From: Porphyridium purpureum
Lineage: Eukaryota
Assembly (NCBI GenBank): GCA_008690995.1
Contig: VRMN01000006.1
Coordinates: forward strand, 124,001-188,000
Direction of reading: 5' to 3'
DNA length: 64,000 nt
In this document: positions 1 through 11,014 of the stretch, one piece after another
Position numbering within the stretch: the first letter of the stretch is position 1
Layout of the letters: every line of letters begins with the position of its first letter
The notes under the pieces: generated by a model
What the model saw: the letters and a program-made list of their open reading frames with translations, nothing else
Told to the model about the DNA's origin: nothing
Databases searched by the model: none
Position numbers and translations under genes: made by a program

Positions 1-1
1 C

Positions 2-1042
2 GCAAACGGGACGAGGGATCTTGCTCTCGTGGATCTCGTTTCTGGATCTGCGGTATCCAGTTTCCCTGTGTCTAGCACGAATCCGGAGGCCGTCGTATGG
101 TCGGTGGCCTTCAGCCCAACCCATGAATATATGCTGGCGGTTGGCTGCGGAGACGGCGTGGTGCGTCTATACGATATCCGAAGGGCCGGAACTCACTCTC
201 TGCTCCTCACATTCGGGAGCCACACGGGGCAAGCCACAACGGATACGAGCAGATTGAATCCTCGTGTCTCTTCCAGTGTGATGTGCCAGTCGCGCATGCG
301 CGTGCTCTCCTCACAAATGCTACAGCCGCTCGCGCACGCAAACAGCAGAGGCCGCGGAGCGAAGAGAAAACACCATTCGACAACCGGGTATGGAAGTGAT
401 CATGATCGACGGAACACCGAGCAGATCAAGTCCGTTCTTTCTCCTGATGGAGCCGAAAGGTCCGCGTCGTCTCGAAGTCATGAAGGTTGGGTGCATCACG
501 TCTGTTTCAGCGGCAGTGGTGAAAAACTCTACTCCCATGGTTCAGACCGTCGCCTAGCGAGCTGGGACGTCCTTAGCGGAAGTGTTTTGGTTCCTAGATT
601 CAGCGAGATCCGATCGAGCGATGCGATTCCCTTCTCGTGTGCGCCATGGTCCCAGACACTCTACGTCGCAGAGCGGGGAATCATGCTTGCATGCGACGCC
701 GAAACCGGCCGGATGCTCAGCATGATGAGTGACCGGGTCGAGCACGTGACGCGTATCACTTGTGATCCGTTTCTGGAAAAAGTTTATGTGGCCTACGACA
801 ATGGCATCATACGTCCGTTCTCAACCATGCGAATTCATAGTCGGGAGAACGCGCTTGAGAGTCACGACCAAGACGGCTATGGCAGTGACCGCTCAGGCTC
901 CACGCATCATCGTTCTTCCGTAGACGACGGAGATGACGATGAACAAGACGGTGATGACGAAGACGTTGATGAGGAGGAGGATGATCAGATGGACATGTGG
1001 TGGGATGCGTATACTGGTCGGACTCGAAGCGCGAATGTGTGA
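2..1042 (+). CDS. ERCC8: WD40-repeat protein, ERCC8/CSA (Cockayne syndrome A)-like; 5'-truncated by window edge
   Basis: Frame is open from position 2. 'DLVSG...VWSVAFSPTHEYMLAVGCGDGVVRLYDIRRAG' and 'SHEGWVHHVCFSGSGEKLYSHGSDRRLASWD' resemble CSA WD40 repeats. Acidic C-terminal tail. Confidence 0.7.
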   Translation, partial: ANGTRDLALVDLVSGSAVSSFPVSSTNPEAVVWSVAFSPTHEYMLAVGCGDGVVRLYDIRRAGTHSLLLTFGSHTGQATTDTSRLNPRVSSSVMCQSRMRVLSSQMLQPLAHANSRGRGAKRKHHSTTGYGSDHDRRNTEQIKSVLSPDGAERSASSRSHEGWVHHVCFSGSGEKLYSHGSDRRLASWDVLSGSVLVPRFSEIRSSDAIPFSCAPWSQTLYVAERGIMLACDAETGRMLSMMSDRVEHVTRITCDPFLEKVYVAYDNGIIRPFSTMRIHSRENALESHDQDGYGSDRSGSTHHRSSVDDGDDDEQDGDDEDVDEEEDDQMDMWWDAYTGRTRSANV

Positions 1043-1227
1043 ATAAGCAGGAGGCCTCGGTATGTTTCCGAGCTTGAGATGCGCAATTTGGTTGAGCGCC
1101 CTGCACAGAATTGGTTTAGGTGGGAAGCAGACACAGGATGGACTGCTTTCATTTCTCTTATATTTATTCATCCAGAACCTTCAGCCGAGTGTAAACAACC
1201 CTATCGCATACAGATACACTGCCACTT

Positions 1228-2109
1228 CTACGAGTCTCCACCGCCAAGGCGCTGACCACCCGCGCTGCCCCAGCCACCTGTGAACCGTTGCCGTAAGGCT
1301 CCACCGATATTTGTACCAAAGCCGGCCGACGGTGGTACGCCTCCGGCCGGACCGACCTGTCCATTTCTGATGACGGTGCGTGGCTCGCTGCTACTTGCAC
1401 TTCCTGGCGCGGGGAATGTTCCTGGTCGTCGCTGATCAAACAGGTTGACGAGAAATTGCGGCGTGCGAATCAAGATTCTCCCACGGCTGGACGGAATCTT
1501 TGGATATACGGAGTCCAGAAAGTAGTACAGGTGGCCGGCGCAGATTCCAACCACGCCCATCCAGTCAATGGCGCCTCCAGAGAGAACGGTACTGACTGCA
1601 AGCATCACGTACGGGTAGTAAAGCGCGGGCACCTGAAAGATGCCGTAAATTGACACGGTCTGCGTTTGGTTCTTGCGGGACCAAAGCTGCAGCATAGCAT
1701 ACACAAGAACAGGGCCAAGGTACATCAGCCTGAAAAAGTATGCGAGCGGTAGACTGATTGCGGCGACCAAAATGAGAAAATAGCAGTAATCGGCCGCGTT
1801 GCCAAGAAACTCGCCCTCCTCGAGGCCCCTGGACATGCGGAAGAAGATTGCGGCCAGAAAGAGCAACGGAAAGCCGAGCGGCCCGAGAAAGAAGAACGGA
1901 AGCACGAGCCTCCATAGCTCAAACCTGAAGACGCGGTCCCATATGAGCAAGACGTTCATCACCTTGAACAGCCCGAGCTGGCTGCCGAGCGTGACGAGCG
2001 CGGTGGCCGCAGTCAGGTTGCGCGTCACCAGCGGAATCGACATCCACGTATCCCACAGCGAGTACCCTCCCACCGTCCCCATGTTCCCTGCCGGGCGCGC
2101 GCTCCCCAT
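1228..2109 (-). CDS. DER1: Derlin (DER1-like ERAD membrane protein)
   Basis: 'IPLVTR', 'ELWRL..PFFF', 'LEEGEF...ADY', 'YYPYVML', 'GICAGHLYYFLDSVYP', and a C-terminal SHP-like 'WGSAGGQRLGG'. Confidence 0.9.
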   Translation of the reverse strand: MGSARPAGNMGTVGGYSLWDTWMSIPLVTRNLTAATALVTLGSQLGLFKVMNVLLIWDRVFRFELWRLVLPFFFLGPLGFPLLFLAAIFFRMSRGLEEGEFLGNAADYCYFLILVAAISLPLAYFFRLMYLGPVLVYAMLQLWSRKNQTQTVSIYGIFQVPALYYPYVMLAVSTVLSGGAIDWMGVVGICAGHLYYFLDSVYPKIPSSRGRILIRTPQFLVNLFDQRRPGTFPAPGSASSSEPRTVIRNGQVGPAGGVPPSAGFGTNIGGALRQRFTGGWGSAGGQRLGGGDS

Positions 2110-2266
2110 CGTTCCGGCACCGCTCCACCGTTCCGTTCTGTCCCCTGTCTTTGCTGTCGCGTTGCGTCGTCTTCTTTCCCTCTCCCTCTACCCACCACGC
2201 GCCACTCGTGCTGGCAATCGTCAATGTCAACCTGCGGTACACCTCAATTCAATCAATGTACAGCAC

Positions 2267-2290
2267 ATAAACCGATAAACCGATGAACCG
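2267..2290. promoter_or_regulatory. Tandem 3x ATRAACCG octamer upstream of Derlin
   Basis: ATAAACCG-ATAAACCG-ATGAACCG. The same unit is tandemly repeated at 55186-55217. Confidence 0.4.
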
Positions 2291-3262
2291 GCAAGCAAGG
2301 AAAAAGGTCATCTGGTTCAGGTGGCTGACCCGTCTTTTGACCGCGCACGACGCGTCGATGAGGCACGGCGTGGAGCAGGGCATGGGTACGCGCGTGAGTG
2401 TTCGCGCTTGCGGATAGCCATGGGCAGACGGGCAAGCAGGTCCGGCGTGTGCTTGGGAGTATGTCTGCTTGAACAGTCATAATATGCGGAACAGTTTCAG
2501 ATCGTGTCGCGCAGCATGTGCTCAGACAGTCATGAGTAGAAGAAAAAGAGAGATGGGGCCCGCACCGTGCGAGCAAGAAATCTGTCCATTCGGTTGCTCG
2601 TGTCACTCCGGAGAGAGGACCTACCGTTCTCGCGCCGGTGGCTGGGTGGGGTTCGTGAAACTTGTGACATTTCTCGAAAGAATCGGCATGCTATCAAGCG
2701 GTGTGACGCACATGCAGGCGTCCGTCGTTGGGCTCAGCTTTTGCGGCCTCGTTGCCATGGACGTGACTCTTTAAAGTATGCGCTGTCCGCGAGCAGATTT
2801 GCAGGAGCGTCTGCGGCGCGCATCGCGCAGGACGTCGCGGTGCCAGGATGCGCCTACCCTCACGGGCGTTCACAGCAACAGAAGCAACAGCGCGACGTCC
2901 TGCGCTCAAATGGCACGCGTCGCACCCGAGCCGCGAGCCCCTGCACCAGCTTTGCGTTCATCGTCGCTTCCTTCTGCAACTTTCTCGAAAAAGTGCGTTT
3001 GCTCTGCGGCGCCCTCTGTCAGTGCATCTTTCAAAAAAGCTGTTTCCATTCACTTGCAATTGCCTATAAAGGTCGTGTCCGTGCGGGGGTTGTCGAATTG
3101 AGAAGAAGCATCGGCGCTAGACATGGGCTGCCGTTGCGGACGATGCTGATGCTGATGGTGATGGTGATGGTGATGGTTGAAGTCAGGTCCAGCGAACGAG
3201 CAGCCGTGTGATTATTGCACCTATGTATTCTTCTCGCCAAGGTCTGCTTCGGTAGCGTACCC

Positions 3263-4384
3263 ATGTCCTATAGTTCGATGAGGATCGGCACCGCCAAATG
3301 GGTGCTGTTCTGCATGCTGATTTCGCTCTGGGGCGTCGAGTTGATGCGGCCGTCGGCTGTTCGTTTTCTGGGGCGTGCTCAGGTTGTGCGCCCTCGCACC
3401 AATGGTTCTGTCCGCGGGCAGCTGACGGGTGCGCGGACGTTGGTTGTGGTTACGCTGACTTGGCCGCCCTCGGAATGTCACCGGCGGTGGCTGGTCACGC
3501 TGCATGAGTCGATTGCCAAGGTCCACGGTCGCTTTGAGCTTGCGCTGCTGATTCACCATGAAGGCAACATTAAGAGGTTGCAAGCACCGCTAGAAGACTT
3601 TCAGGCCCGTGTACCACAAGCGGTGCTCAAGGTGTGGCGCTATCGTGATGTGCTCAATACCCGTGATTCGAACGGCAGTTGTGGCAACGGTACGTCGCAA
3701 CTCCACACATTCGGTACGAAGGGCAAATTGGTTGGCCCCAAGCCCTTCTTTCTCAAATGGCTTGGTTCCATGTCCGAGGAGAAGGCGCAGTTTGAATACG
3801 TTTGGCACTTGGAGGACGACTTGGAGCTCGTTGGCGATCGATGGGACGAGTTTTTGGTTGCGTATGAGAACAGCACCGCGCATGTGATCTCTCCCGTGCG
3901 TCATACACCGAGCTCTCCAGCAGAGTTCCGTGACATCCGGTCGAAGGGATGCCAAAGCCTGTGCTTTGACTTGCGCAAGGGGGCCAGAAAAGTGATCCCA
4001 GACACCCAGAAAATCATGTGGTACGCCGTACGCATTTCTCGGCGCCTTCTGCGGCACATGTACGATGAATTGGAAGCAGGCAATGCGCAAGGTCAGCACG
4101 AGATAGTGCTTGGCACACTGTGTGCGCGCGAGGATTGGTGCACGTACGAAACGCTACACACCGAACATGCAGGTCTTTTCGCGGCCGGGAGCCAAATGAT
4201 TTTTTTGAACTCTTCGTCGTCGTATTTGAACATGCGTCAATGCTGTCAATTTGGAGACTCGCCCCAACGGCTGGGCATTCTGGAGATTTACAATGTGGAC
4301 CTGGCGAAGCCTAAACATGGAGGTCTTTACCATCCCATTAAGCTGTGCGGGAGCGCTGAGCTTACCAATGAACCGGAGCGGTGA
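3263..4384 (+). CDS. Uncharacterised type II membrane protein, putative GT-A glycosyltransferase-like
   Basis: Long ORF, first ATG at 3263. N-terminal hydrophobic anchor (KWVLFCMLISLWGVEL), 'YVWHLEDD' DxD-like motif, C-terminal 'LYHPIK'. Confidence 0.55.
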   Translation: MSYSSMRIGTAKWVLFCMLISLWGVELMRPSAVRFLGRAQVVRPRTNGSVRGQLTGARTLVVVTLTWPPSECHRRWLVTLHESIAKVHGRFELALLIHHEGNIKRLQAPLEDFQARVPQAVLKVWRYRDVLNTRDSNGSCGNGTSQLHTFGTKGKLVGPKPFFLKWLGSMSEEKAQFEYVWHLEDDLELVGDRWDEFLVAYENSTAHVISPVRHTPSSPAEFRDIRSKGCQSLCFDLRKGARKVIPDTQKIMWYAVRISRRLLRHMYDELEAGNAQGQHEIVLGTLCAREDWCTYETLHTEHAGLFAAGSQMIFLNSSSSYLNMRQCCQFGDSPQRLGILEIYNVDLAKPKHGGLYHPIKLCGSAELTNEPER

Positions 4385-4603
4385 CAATTGAATGCTCTCT
4401 TGGCTTTGAACGCAGCGCTTGGGGTCAGCATCACGCGTTTTCTTACTTCGAGAAATAATGACCGGCCATGGCATCCTTCGCCTCAGGAGCCGCGGAAGCA
4501 CCATGTGTGATATTTGTCGCCTCGTACTGGAGTTCAACATCGCGCATGCGCAGGCCACTCTGGAAGAGCAAGCGGGAAAAATGGCCCATGCCTTCAGAGC
4601 TAT

Positions 4604-6067
4604 TTATGTGCACTGTAAATGAATTTCTGACATAATGTGCTGTAAAAGCGCCACGGGCTGCTTCAGTATAGATCTCATGGAACGAACCCCGATCCACACG
4701 CTATCATTGTAAGTCATAATGCTGATTGCGGTTGTCGTGAGAGCAGAGGTCGGACTGAAAAAGCGCACGCTCTCGCAGGGGACACCGCCTATTGACACAA
4801 GGTAGTTTGGACCAGGCAGTGTGCTCACAAGAATGGGCGCATGACCGCTTGCGCGACGCCACAGGCGCGACCGAAGGGGACGGGGCAGCCAGCTAAGAAT
4901 GCAGAAGCAGAAGACTGCCAACTTGGGCGCGTACCCAGCCTTCAGCGACTTCATCTTCGTAGAGATACGGGCGGCACGGCTAGCGAATGTGGGCTCATTC
5001 ACCGGAAGGGCGACGAAAACCAGCGCAAGGTCGTTATCAAGCGATACAGACGATGACACCCCGCGAAAGCTGAATGGAATGCTACTCATAATGCTTGAGC
5101 GCTTGCATCGGTGCTCGTTGATGGCGAGCTGTTGTGCATCGTGTACTGAAGGGTCGGTGTCAAGCAAAAATGCGCGCATGCCACCTGCAATACAGGCAAG
5201 AAGGAATTCACTGAACGAAAGACCATGCCGTTTCGCTGCAGCACGTATCGTCTTGAAGGACAGCGCGGTGGCGCTAGCGCCGCAAACCACGACATCGGCT
5301 TGCCGATTCAGATAGTCCGGGTCCGGCGAGAACATCGAAGGTGAGTCTCTGATCCAAATAAGAAAGGTCATCTCCACCAACGCAGAGACTGCACACCGTA
5401 TATGATGCAGTATTTTTCCAAGAATGCCTCCTCTTTCTGTCGTGCTCTTCTTTTTCTTTTGGAGCGCTGCGTGGGGACTGGGCTCGCCCTTGCCCTCTGT
5501 AGCTTCAGGAAGCGCGTCGGCCATGCCGTGCATGAACAGACTAAGAAGCGCAACGCCGTCGACGAGACCATGGTGCACAAGTGGGACCACGTACAAGCGC
5601 TCGGCTGTTTGCATGACGTGAATCTGCCAAGGGGCACGGTTGGAGTCAAAGCAATAACTATTCTGAACTCTCGCAAGAAAATCATCGAGCGACACATCAC
5701 CGCAAAACTGTGAGTGCATGTGGACGTGATACGAGAGGTCGACAGACGGCGCGAGGTCCCGCGGCGACCATTGCACATCATTCGCACAGCTGCACTGGCA
5801 TTCCAACGGGGCGTGGTCCCTACCCGCTGCGCGGAGCGCGTCGTGGAGCCGATGCAGTGGCCTCTCCGAAAAACGCGTGGACGCAGCGAGCAGCGGCCGC
5901 ACCAGGTGATCCAGCACGAATTCGAGACGCCGCTCCTCCGGCACGCGTGAAGCGTCAAACTCAAGCACGGCCGAAATCACCGCTGGCCGCCCTTGCGGCC
6001 CGGCCACATCTTCATCGAACAGCAGCGTCTCGAGCGCACTTATCCGTCGCTGTTCTGCCGCTTCCAT
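4604..6067 (-). CDS. Wax ester synthase/diacylglycerol acyltransferase (WS/DGAT, WSD family)
   Basis: 'FDSNRAPWQIHV', catalytic HHxxxDG (HHGLVDG), C-terminal 'STLPGP...ISIMTYNDSVWIGV'. Start placed at MEAAEQ (6067). Confidence 0.85.
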   Translation of the reverse strand: MEAAEQRRISALETLLFDEDVAGPQGRPAVISAVLEFDASRVPEERRLEFVLDHLVRPLLAASTRFSERPLHRLHDALRAAGRDHAPLECQCSCANDVQWSPRDLAPSVDLSYHVHMHSQFCGDVSLDDFLARVQNSYCFDSNRAPWQIHVMQTAERLYVVPLVHHGLVDGVALLSLFMHGMADALPEATEGKGEPSPHAALQKKKKSTTERGGILGKILHHIRCAVSALVEMTFLIWIRDSPSMFSPDPDYLNRQADVVVCGASATALSFKTIRAAAKRHGLSFSEFLLACIAGGMRAFLLDTDPSVHDAQQLAINEHRCKRSSIMSSIPFSFRGVSSSVSLDNDLALVFVALPVNEPTFASRAARISTKMKSLKAGYAPKLAVFCFCILSWLPRPLRSRLWRRASGHAPILVSTLPGPNYLVSIGGVPCESVRFFSPTSALTTTAISIMTYNDSVWIGVRSMRSILKQPVALLQHIMSEIHLQCT

Positions 6068-6403
6068 TTCTCTCTTTCCTCTTCTCCCCTTCTTCTCGCT
6101 TGTTCGTGCGACCGCTCTTTGCTGGTCAGCCGATCTTCCAATGTACACAACTGTACATCAGCGCCACTTTCCAACTCCCAGGCCTTTTGGAATGGGAAAC
6201 GAGATAAAGAGGGGGTGGAAAGTCCGCACGAGCCGCCGGGCTTGATGCTTTATGCGCTACACGTGCCGAAGACCCTTACAACGCACCACAAGTGCATTCA
6301 TGCGAGAAAAGCCATGTCTCGCTGCCAGCACATGCGTCGCTGTGCCCTCACCATTTCGTTTGAATCGTGCTTTCTTTCGCCAGGCCGCCGACGCATACTT
6401 TGC

Positions 6404-7345
6404 TCAGCTTGAACCAGACGCGGTCGCGAACTGCTTGTATTCTGGTATCATGGTTCGGAACGGAATGATGATTTGCGCCAAGAGCGAGATATCAAAAATC
6501 TTGGGCACGAGACGCGTGAGCTTGGCGTACCAACCGTAGTCCAAGCAAATCACTCGCCCGACAGAGTGGATCAGCGCGTCTGCCACATCTTCGGGGGTGG
6601 CCGCGAACTTGTCAAGGAACGCGAGAACGCCAAGCTTCTCTGTATTTGCGTACAGATTCGTGCGCGTGTAGCTTGGATGAATGGCAAACACGTCAATGGC
6701 GTGGTCGCGCGTTTCAACGGCGAGCGACATGGCAAACTCCGACAGAAACGCCTTCCCGGCACCATACATGCTCGCAAACGGCGTGGGTAAAAAGTATGCA
6801 GCCGAGCTCGTGAAGGCGATGCAACCTTTGATCTTGCGATCCTTCATGTGGCGCACAAAGTAGTGCGCAAGGTGCACTGGGCAGAGCGCGTTGCACATGG
6901 CATTTGCGATGTGCTGTTCGACGGGGCGCTGCTCGAAAAAGCCCATGAGAAGGTAGCCCGCGTTACTCATGACAATACTGACGGCAATATCGGCGGTCGC
7001 CTGTTTGATCTTATCCATGTATTCGGCGGCGTTTGCCGCGCTGAGATTCGCGCCCACGGCACGGAATTGCTGCTTCGGGTACTGCTGCTTCAGGGCGGAG
7101 CACGCCGCGTGCAACATCTCATCATCCAAGGCCACGAGCACGACATTCAGCTCCTGCTGCGCCAACTTGCGGGCCAGCGCGAGCCCGATCCCGGACGACG
7201 CGCCTGTCACGAGCGCCCAGTGCGCGCCATACTTTCGCTTCAAGTTCTGTCCCGGCAGCATGGCCAGCACCATGGCCGGCACGAGCTGCGTCCCCATCAA
7301 CACCGCGCACAGCAGTATCGCCACATACCCCACATACTGCCACAT
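6404..7345 (-). CDS. Short-chain dehydrogenase, very-long-chain 3-ketoacyl-CoA reductase (KCR/HSD17B12)-like
   Basis: N-terminal TM, 'NLKRKYGAHWALVTGASSGIG', 'SNAG', YxxxK (YGAGK). Start placed at MWQYVG (7345). Confidence 0.8.
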   Translation of the reverse strand: MWQYVGYVAILLCAVLMGTQLVPAMVLAMLPGQNLKRKYGAHWALVTGASSGIGLALARKLAQQELNVVLVALDDEMLHAACSALKQQYPKQQFRAVGANLSAANAAEYMDKIKQATADIAVSIVMSNAGYLLMGFFEQRPVEQHIANAMCNALCPVHLAHYFVRHMKDRKIKGCIAFTSSAAYFLPTPFASMYGAGKAFLSEFAMSLAVETRDHAIDVFAIHPSYTRTNLYANTEKLGVLAFLDKFAATPEDVADALIHSVGRVICLDYGWYAKLTRLVPKIFDISLLAQIIIPFRTMIPEYKQFATASGSS

Positions 7346-7712
7346 CGTGCGCTCCAGCTGCGTTTCCGCGTCCAGCCCGCGCGCCCGCACCCACCTCGCC
7401 CTGGTCTCCATCCACACAACCCACTTGCTCTCGCGCCCGCACCGCTTCCGAACGCGCGTGAGCGAGCGTCCCGTTCTGTCAATGCGTCATTCTTCTGTCA
7501 TCATTATGACGTCCCCGGAGTGTACCTTACACAGATTTCACTGTACCGCGGTCGACCATTTTCGCGAACGCCGGCCGGAACGGCGCGCGACTGCGAGGAG
7601 CTGTGGCAGTGGTGAGACGCGCGTGCGGAGCAGAGGAGAAGCGCGGCGTGGATGACGGCGGGCACAGCGGTTGTTGTGTTATCAGGGCAGTGGACCGAGG
7701 GCGCGTGGCGCA

Positions 7713-9644
7713 ATGACAAGCACGGGCTCGGGGCGTAAAGGAGGCAAGCCGCGAGCGTCTGTACCGGGCAAGGAGGGCGCGTCCGGAGGCAAGCCGAGCG
7801 CGTCTGGAGGCAAGCAGAGCGCACCGCGAAAGCCCGCCGCACAGAATCGTGTCGTGCAGAAGGGCAAGAGGACTCACGTGGAGGACGGTAAGCAGGATGG
7901 AGAGCGTGCCGAAAAGCAGCTGAAGCGGCCGAGGAAGGAGAAGGTCTCCGAAAAGGAGGACGTGCTGCGAAAGGCCAAGAAGATTTGGGAGGCGTTGCGC
8001 GCCTCGGTGTCCTCGGGACCGACGTCAAATGGGGTGCCAGAAGGGTCGAAGAAGGAAAAGAAGCAGCAAGTGCAGGCGCAGAATCTCAAGTGGGCTAAGG
8101 AGCTGCATGCCCTGTTTCTGGGAAGAATTCCGGAGTTTCTGCGCAATCATGAGGGATCACGCATTATCCAATGGATATTGAAATGTTCCGAGTTGGACAC
8201 ACGTCGTGCCGTGTGGGCCGAGGTGGAGCCCGTTTTGGTCGACGCAGCGGAATCCAAGCACGGCCACTTTGTTGTCATGGAGCTGCTCGGCGACAAGGAC
8301 CGTGCACTGCGCGAAAGTGTCGTGGAGGCCTTGCTAGCGCCTACCCCCAGACTCGTGCGCAATGTGTACGGTGGTGATCTTATTGACTATGCATATCAAA
8401 CCGCCGCTTCGAAAGCTCAAAAGGACATCATGGTTTTGGAGATTTTGCTCGGGAAAAAACGAGATCTCTTGACTTCTGTGCAGGCGCGGATCAAGCAAGC
8501 GCAACGTAATCCTGGTTCAGAGCAAGCACTGCCGGAGCTCAAGAAGGGCTTGGTTCCGGGCTCCTTGCTGTCGAATGTGCTCGCCGGTGATGATATGTTT
8601 GCCGCGCCGCTGCTAGAAGCCGCGAGTGATGCCGTGTCGGCATTTGCGGACAAAGCACAGACACTGCGGTTCGGCGTCATTCACCGTGCTCTGTGGGAGT
8701 ATTTAAGTACCTACACGGACGCACAAAAAATGGCAGAGTTCACCGAACCCTTTATCGAGTTTACTCCGCATATGATCCACACGCGAGAAGGGGCACTGTT
8801 CACCGCCCGCATGGCGTTGGTGGCAGATGCGAAGAGCAGAAAGAAACTGATTCGTGCGCTGCGATCGTTGGTTTACAAAGTGGCTTGTGATGAGTTTGGG
8901 CATATGCTTATAGTCGCGCTCTTGGATTGTGTTGATGACACCAAATTACTGGCAAAGGCCGTCCTGGGCGAGCTGATGGAAGCTTCGGCGGATCCGAACG
9001 CGGTAGTGCCGCCTACAGTATTACCAGCAAGCTGCGCAGCGGTTTTAAGTCACAAGTATGCTCGGCTTGCGCTAATTCATATCTTTGCGCCGCGGACAAC
9101 GCGTCACTTTCACCCGCAACTCTGGTGCACGGTGTGGGACGACTCGCTGCGTCTGCATTCTAAGAAGGAAGCCGGAACGCGACAACGTGAACTGTTTACT
9201 GTTTTACACGAGACGCTGCAAAAGCATTTATTCCAGGCCGACGCGGCACATGACGGCGCAGTGGACCAATCATACCGACTTTTCGTTGAAATCATGGGCT
9301 CGTCTCACGGATCGCAAAGTTTGCAGGAGTATCTCACGTGTGAATTGCTCAGTGCACATGAGAAGGAGCTTGCTGCAGCTCACATAGTGAAAATCGTAGC
9401 GGAAAGCGTTTCTCGAGGTCAGGACGAAGGCGCCATGAATGCTGAAGAGGGTCCTTCACTCTTTACTGGCGAGAGTGCCAACCAACAATTTACGCCGGTC
9501 GTCAGTCGCTTTCTTGTATCTCTCAGCAAACGTTGCCCACCCATGCGTGCCGCTCTCGTGGCCAAGATGGATGAAGAGCCTGGGTTTCGCGAACGACTGG
9601 AGGCGCTCTCGGGGCACTTGGTCAATGTGCTATCATCTGAGTGA
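7713..9644 (+). CDS. PUM3: Pumilio-family nucleolar protein PUM3/PUF6/Puf-A
   Basis: Basic N-terminus, 'AKKIWEALR', 'HEGSRIIQWILK', 'HMIHTREGA', 'AKSRKKLIR', 'DCVDDTKL', 'SKKEAGTRQREL'. Confidence 0.9.
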   Translation: MTSTGSGRKGGKPRASVPGKEGASGGKPSASGGKQSAPRKPAAQNRVVQKGKRTHVEDGKQDGERAEKQLKRPRKEKVSEKEDVLRKAKKIWEALRASVSSGPTSNGVPEGSKKEKKQQVQAQNLKWAKELHALFLGRIPEFLRNHEGSRIIQWILKCSELDTRRAVWAEVEPVLVDAAESKHGHFVVMELLGDKDRALRESVVEALLAPTPRLVRNVYGGDLIDYAYQTAASKAQKDIMVLEILLGKKRDLLTSVQARIKQAQRNPGSEQALPELKKGLVPGSLLSNVLAGDDMFAAPLLEAASDAVSAFADKAQTLRFGVIHRALWEYLSTYTDAQKMAEFTEPFIEFTPHMIHTREGALFTARMALVADAKSRKKLIRALRSLVYKVACDEFGHMLIVALLDCVDDTKLLAKAVLGELMEASADPNAVVPPTVLPASCAAVLSHKYARLALIHIFAPRTTRHFHPQLWCTVWDDSLRLHSKKEAGTRQRELFTVLHETLQKHLFQADAAHDGAVDQSYRLFVEIMGSSHGSQSLQEYLTCELLSAHEKELAAAHIVKIVAESVSRGQDEGAMNAEEGPSLFTGESANQQFTPVVSRFLVSLSKRCPPMRAALVAKMDEEPGFRERLEALSGHLVNVLSSE

Positions 9645-11014
9645 AGGCAATTGTACATTATCTAAAACAAAACTACTTTAGTACAAGTTCACAGCGGTTT
9701 GTGAGCTCATTAGCCATGCGCCAGACACAGACTCATGCAATCTTTTATCTTCTTGAGTCCTAATGCCGTACAATCAGCACGTGAGCATCTGACTTGCATC
9801 TTCTATGATGCGGATCAAGACACGGAATGGATATGAATGCGCAAGATCGTGTTTTCAACGCTCCAGCTCTGACACGCGAGCGCCGAGGCTAGCCAGGCGC
9901 GCCTGGTATCTTGGGCACGCATCCTTGAGCACCGCCTTCCTCGTTTCTATTTGAACGCGGCTGTGAAGATTCAATCATGCAGGACGAGACTTGTGAAGGA
10001 GCGGAAGCCTTTTGTAAGGGGTCACAAACGGGGTATCCTGTGATGGGGGCGCAAGCGCTCACGTGGAGCAAAATTGAGCGAGCTCCTGGCAAGGATAAAG
10101 CTGAGTACGCGCGTCGGACTCTGACACCACTTCTGCTGTTCATTCAGCTTTCTTTGTCCCCTCCGCGAGCGCTGCTAGTGGCGACTCCGTTAACCTTTCT
10201 CGCCTAGTGTCTGCCGACTCGGAGTCAGAAGCATTCGCCTTGATTCCTAAAAGTATATGTTGCGATGCGCACTCTGCCACAACTCACAGTCCGCGACGCT
10301 TTCTCAGACACCGCGGGCGTATGAAATCGCCTCGAATCTATTCTTCGGTCTGTCCTTCTGGCATGAGTCGCAGCTCGATCGACGCCATGAGTTCCTGCAG
10401 TGCTGCAGTGCTTCCAAAAGCATATTTTCGGCGAAATGCTTTCCGATTCGGCAAGTAACCGGATGTTCAAACCGAACTCCGTCTACCTCCCGATCGCCCA
10501 AACCCGCGCTGGTCACACCAATCTGCGCCAGCCAGTGACGCAGCGTACGATGACGTACATGCCCCTTCTCCAGTGGAGAAGGAGGACGAGTTTCTGATTC
10601 TTTATCTTGAGTGTGACTCGTGGCACGGCGCCCGTCTCAACTCCCTTCCATTGCACGATTCCATGCTTCCTTGAACGAGTCGGTAGAATGCTTGGTGCGC
10701 TTTGCGCTCGTTATGGCTGTGGGCCGGCTTTACATCAGCGGTCCTTCCAGCCACACGGCCACGATGGAGCGTCCAGAGTGCTGCAATCAGCAGTTGTCTG
10801 GCCAGTCGGCCGCATGCCCAATGCTCCGGCGTACGAAATATCCAGATCATCCGTAGAAGACTTGGCCTCGCCAAGCACGAACGTCGCGCACATCGGCGCA
10901 AGAAACCTAGCGCTTTAGCAAATTATCTATCAGAATAACACATTCTTACCATTGAATAACGATTCGGTAACCCTACTAGGGATGGGTCGCACCGCAAGGG
11001 AATAGAGGGTCACG

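Noticed and set aside
2567..3211. 214-aa plus-strand ORF and minus-strand poly-His (CATCAC)n tract near 3145-3178
   Set aside because: GTG start, no motifs, and the minus-strand frames are short and broken. Cannot distinguish from UTR or low-complexity sequence.
7779..7822. 21-bp tandem repeat in the PUM3 N-terminus (ASGGKPS/ASGGKQS)
   Set aside because: Ordinary low-complexity coding duplication; not CRISPR-like or mobile-element related.
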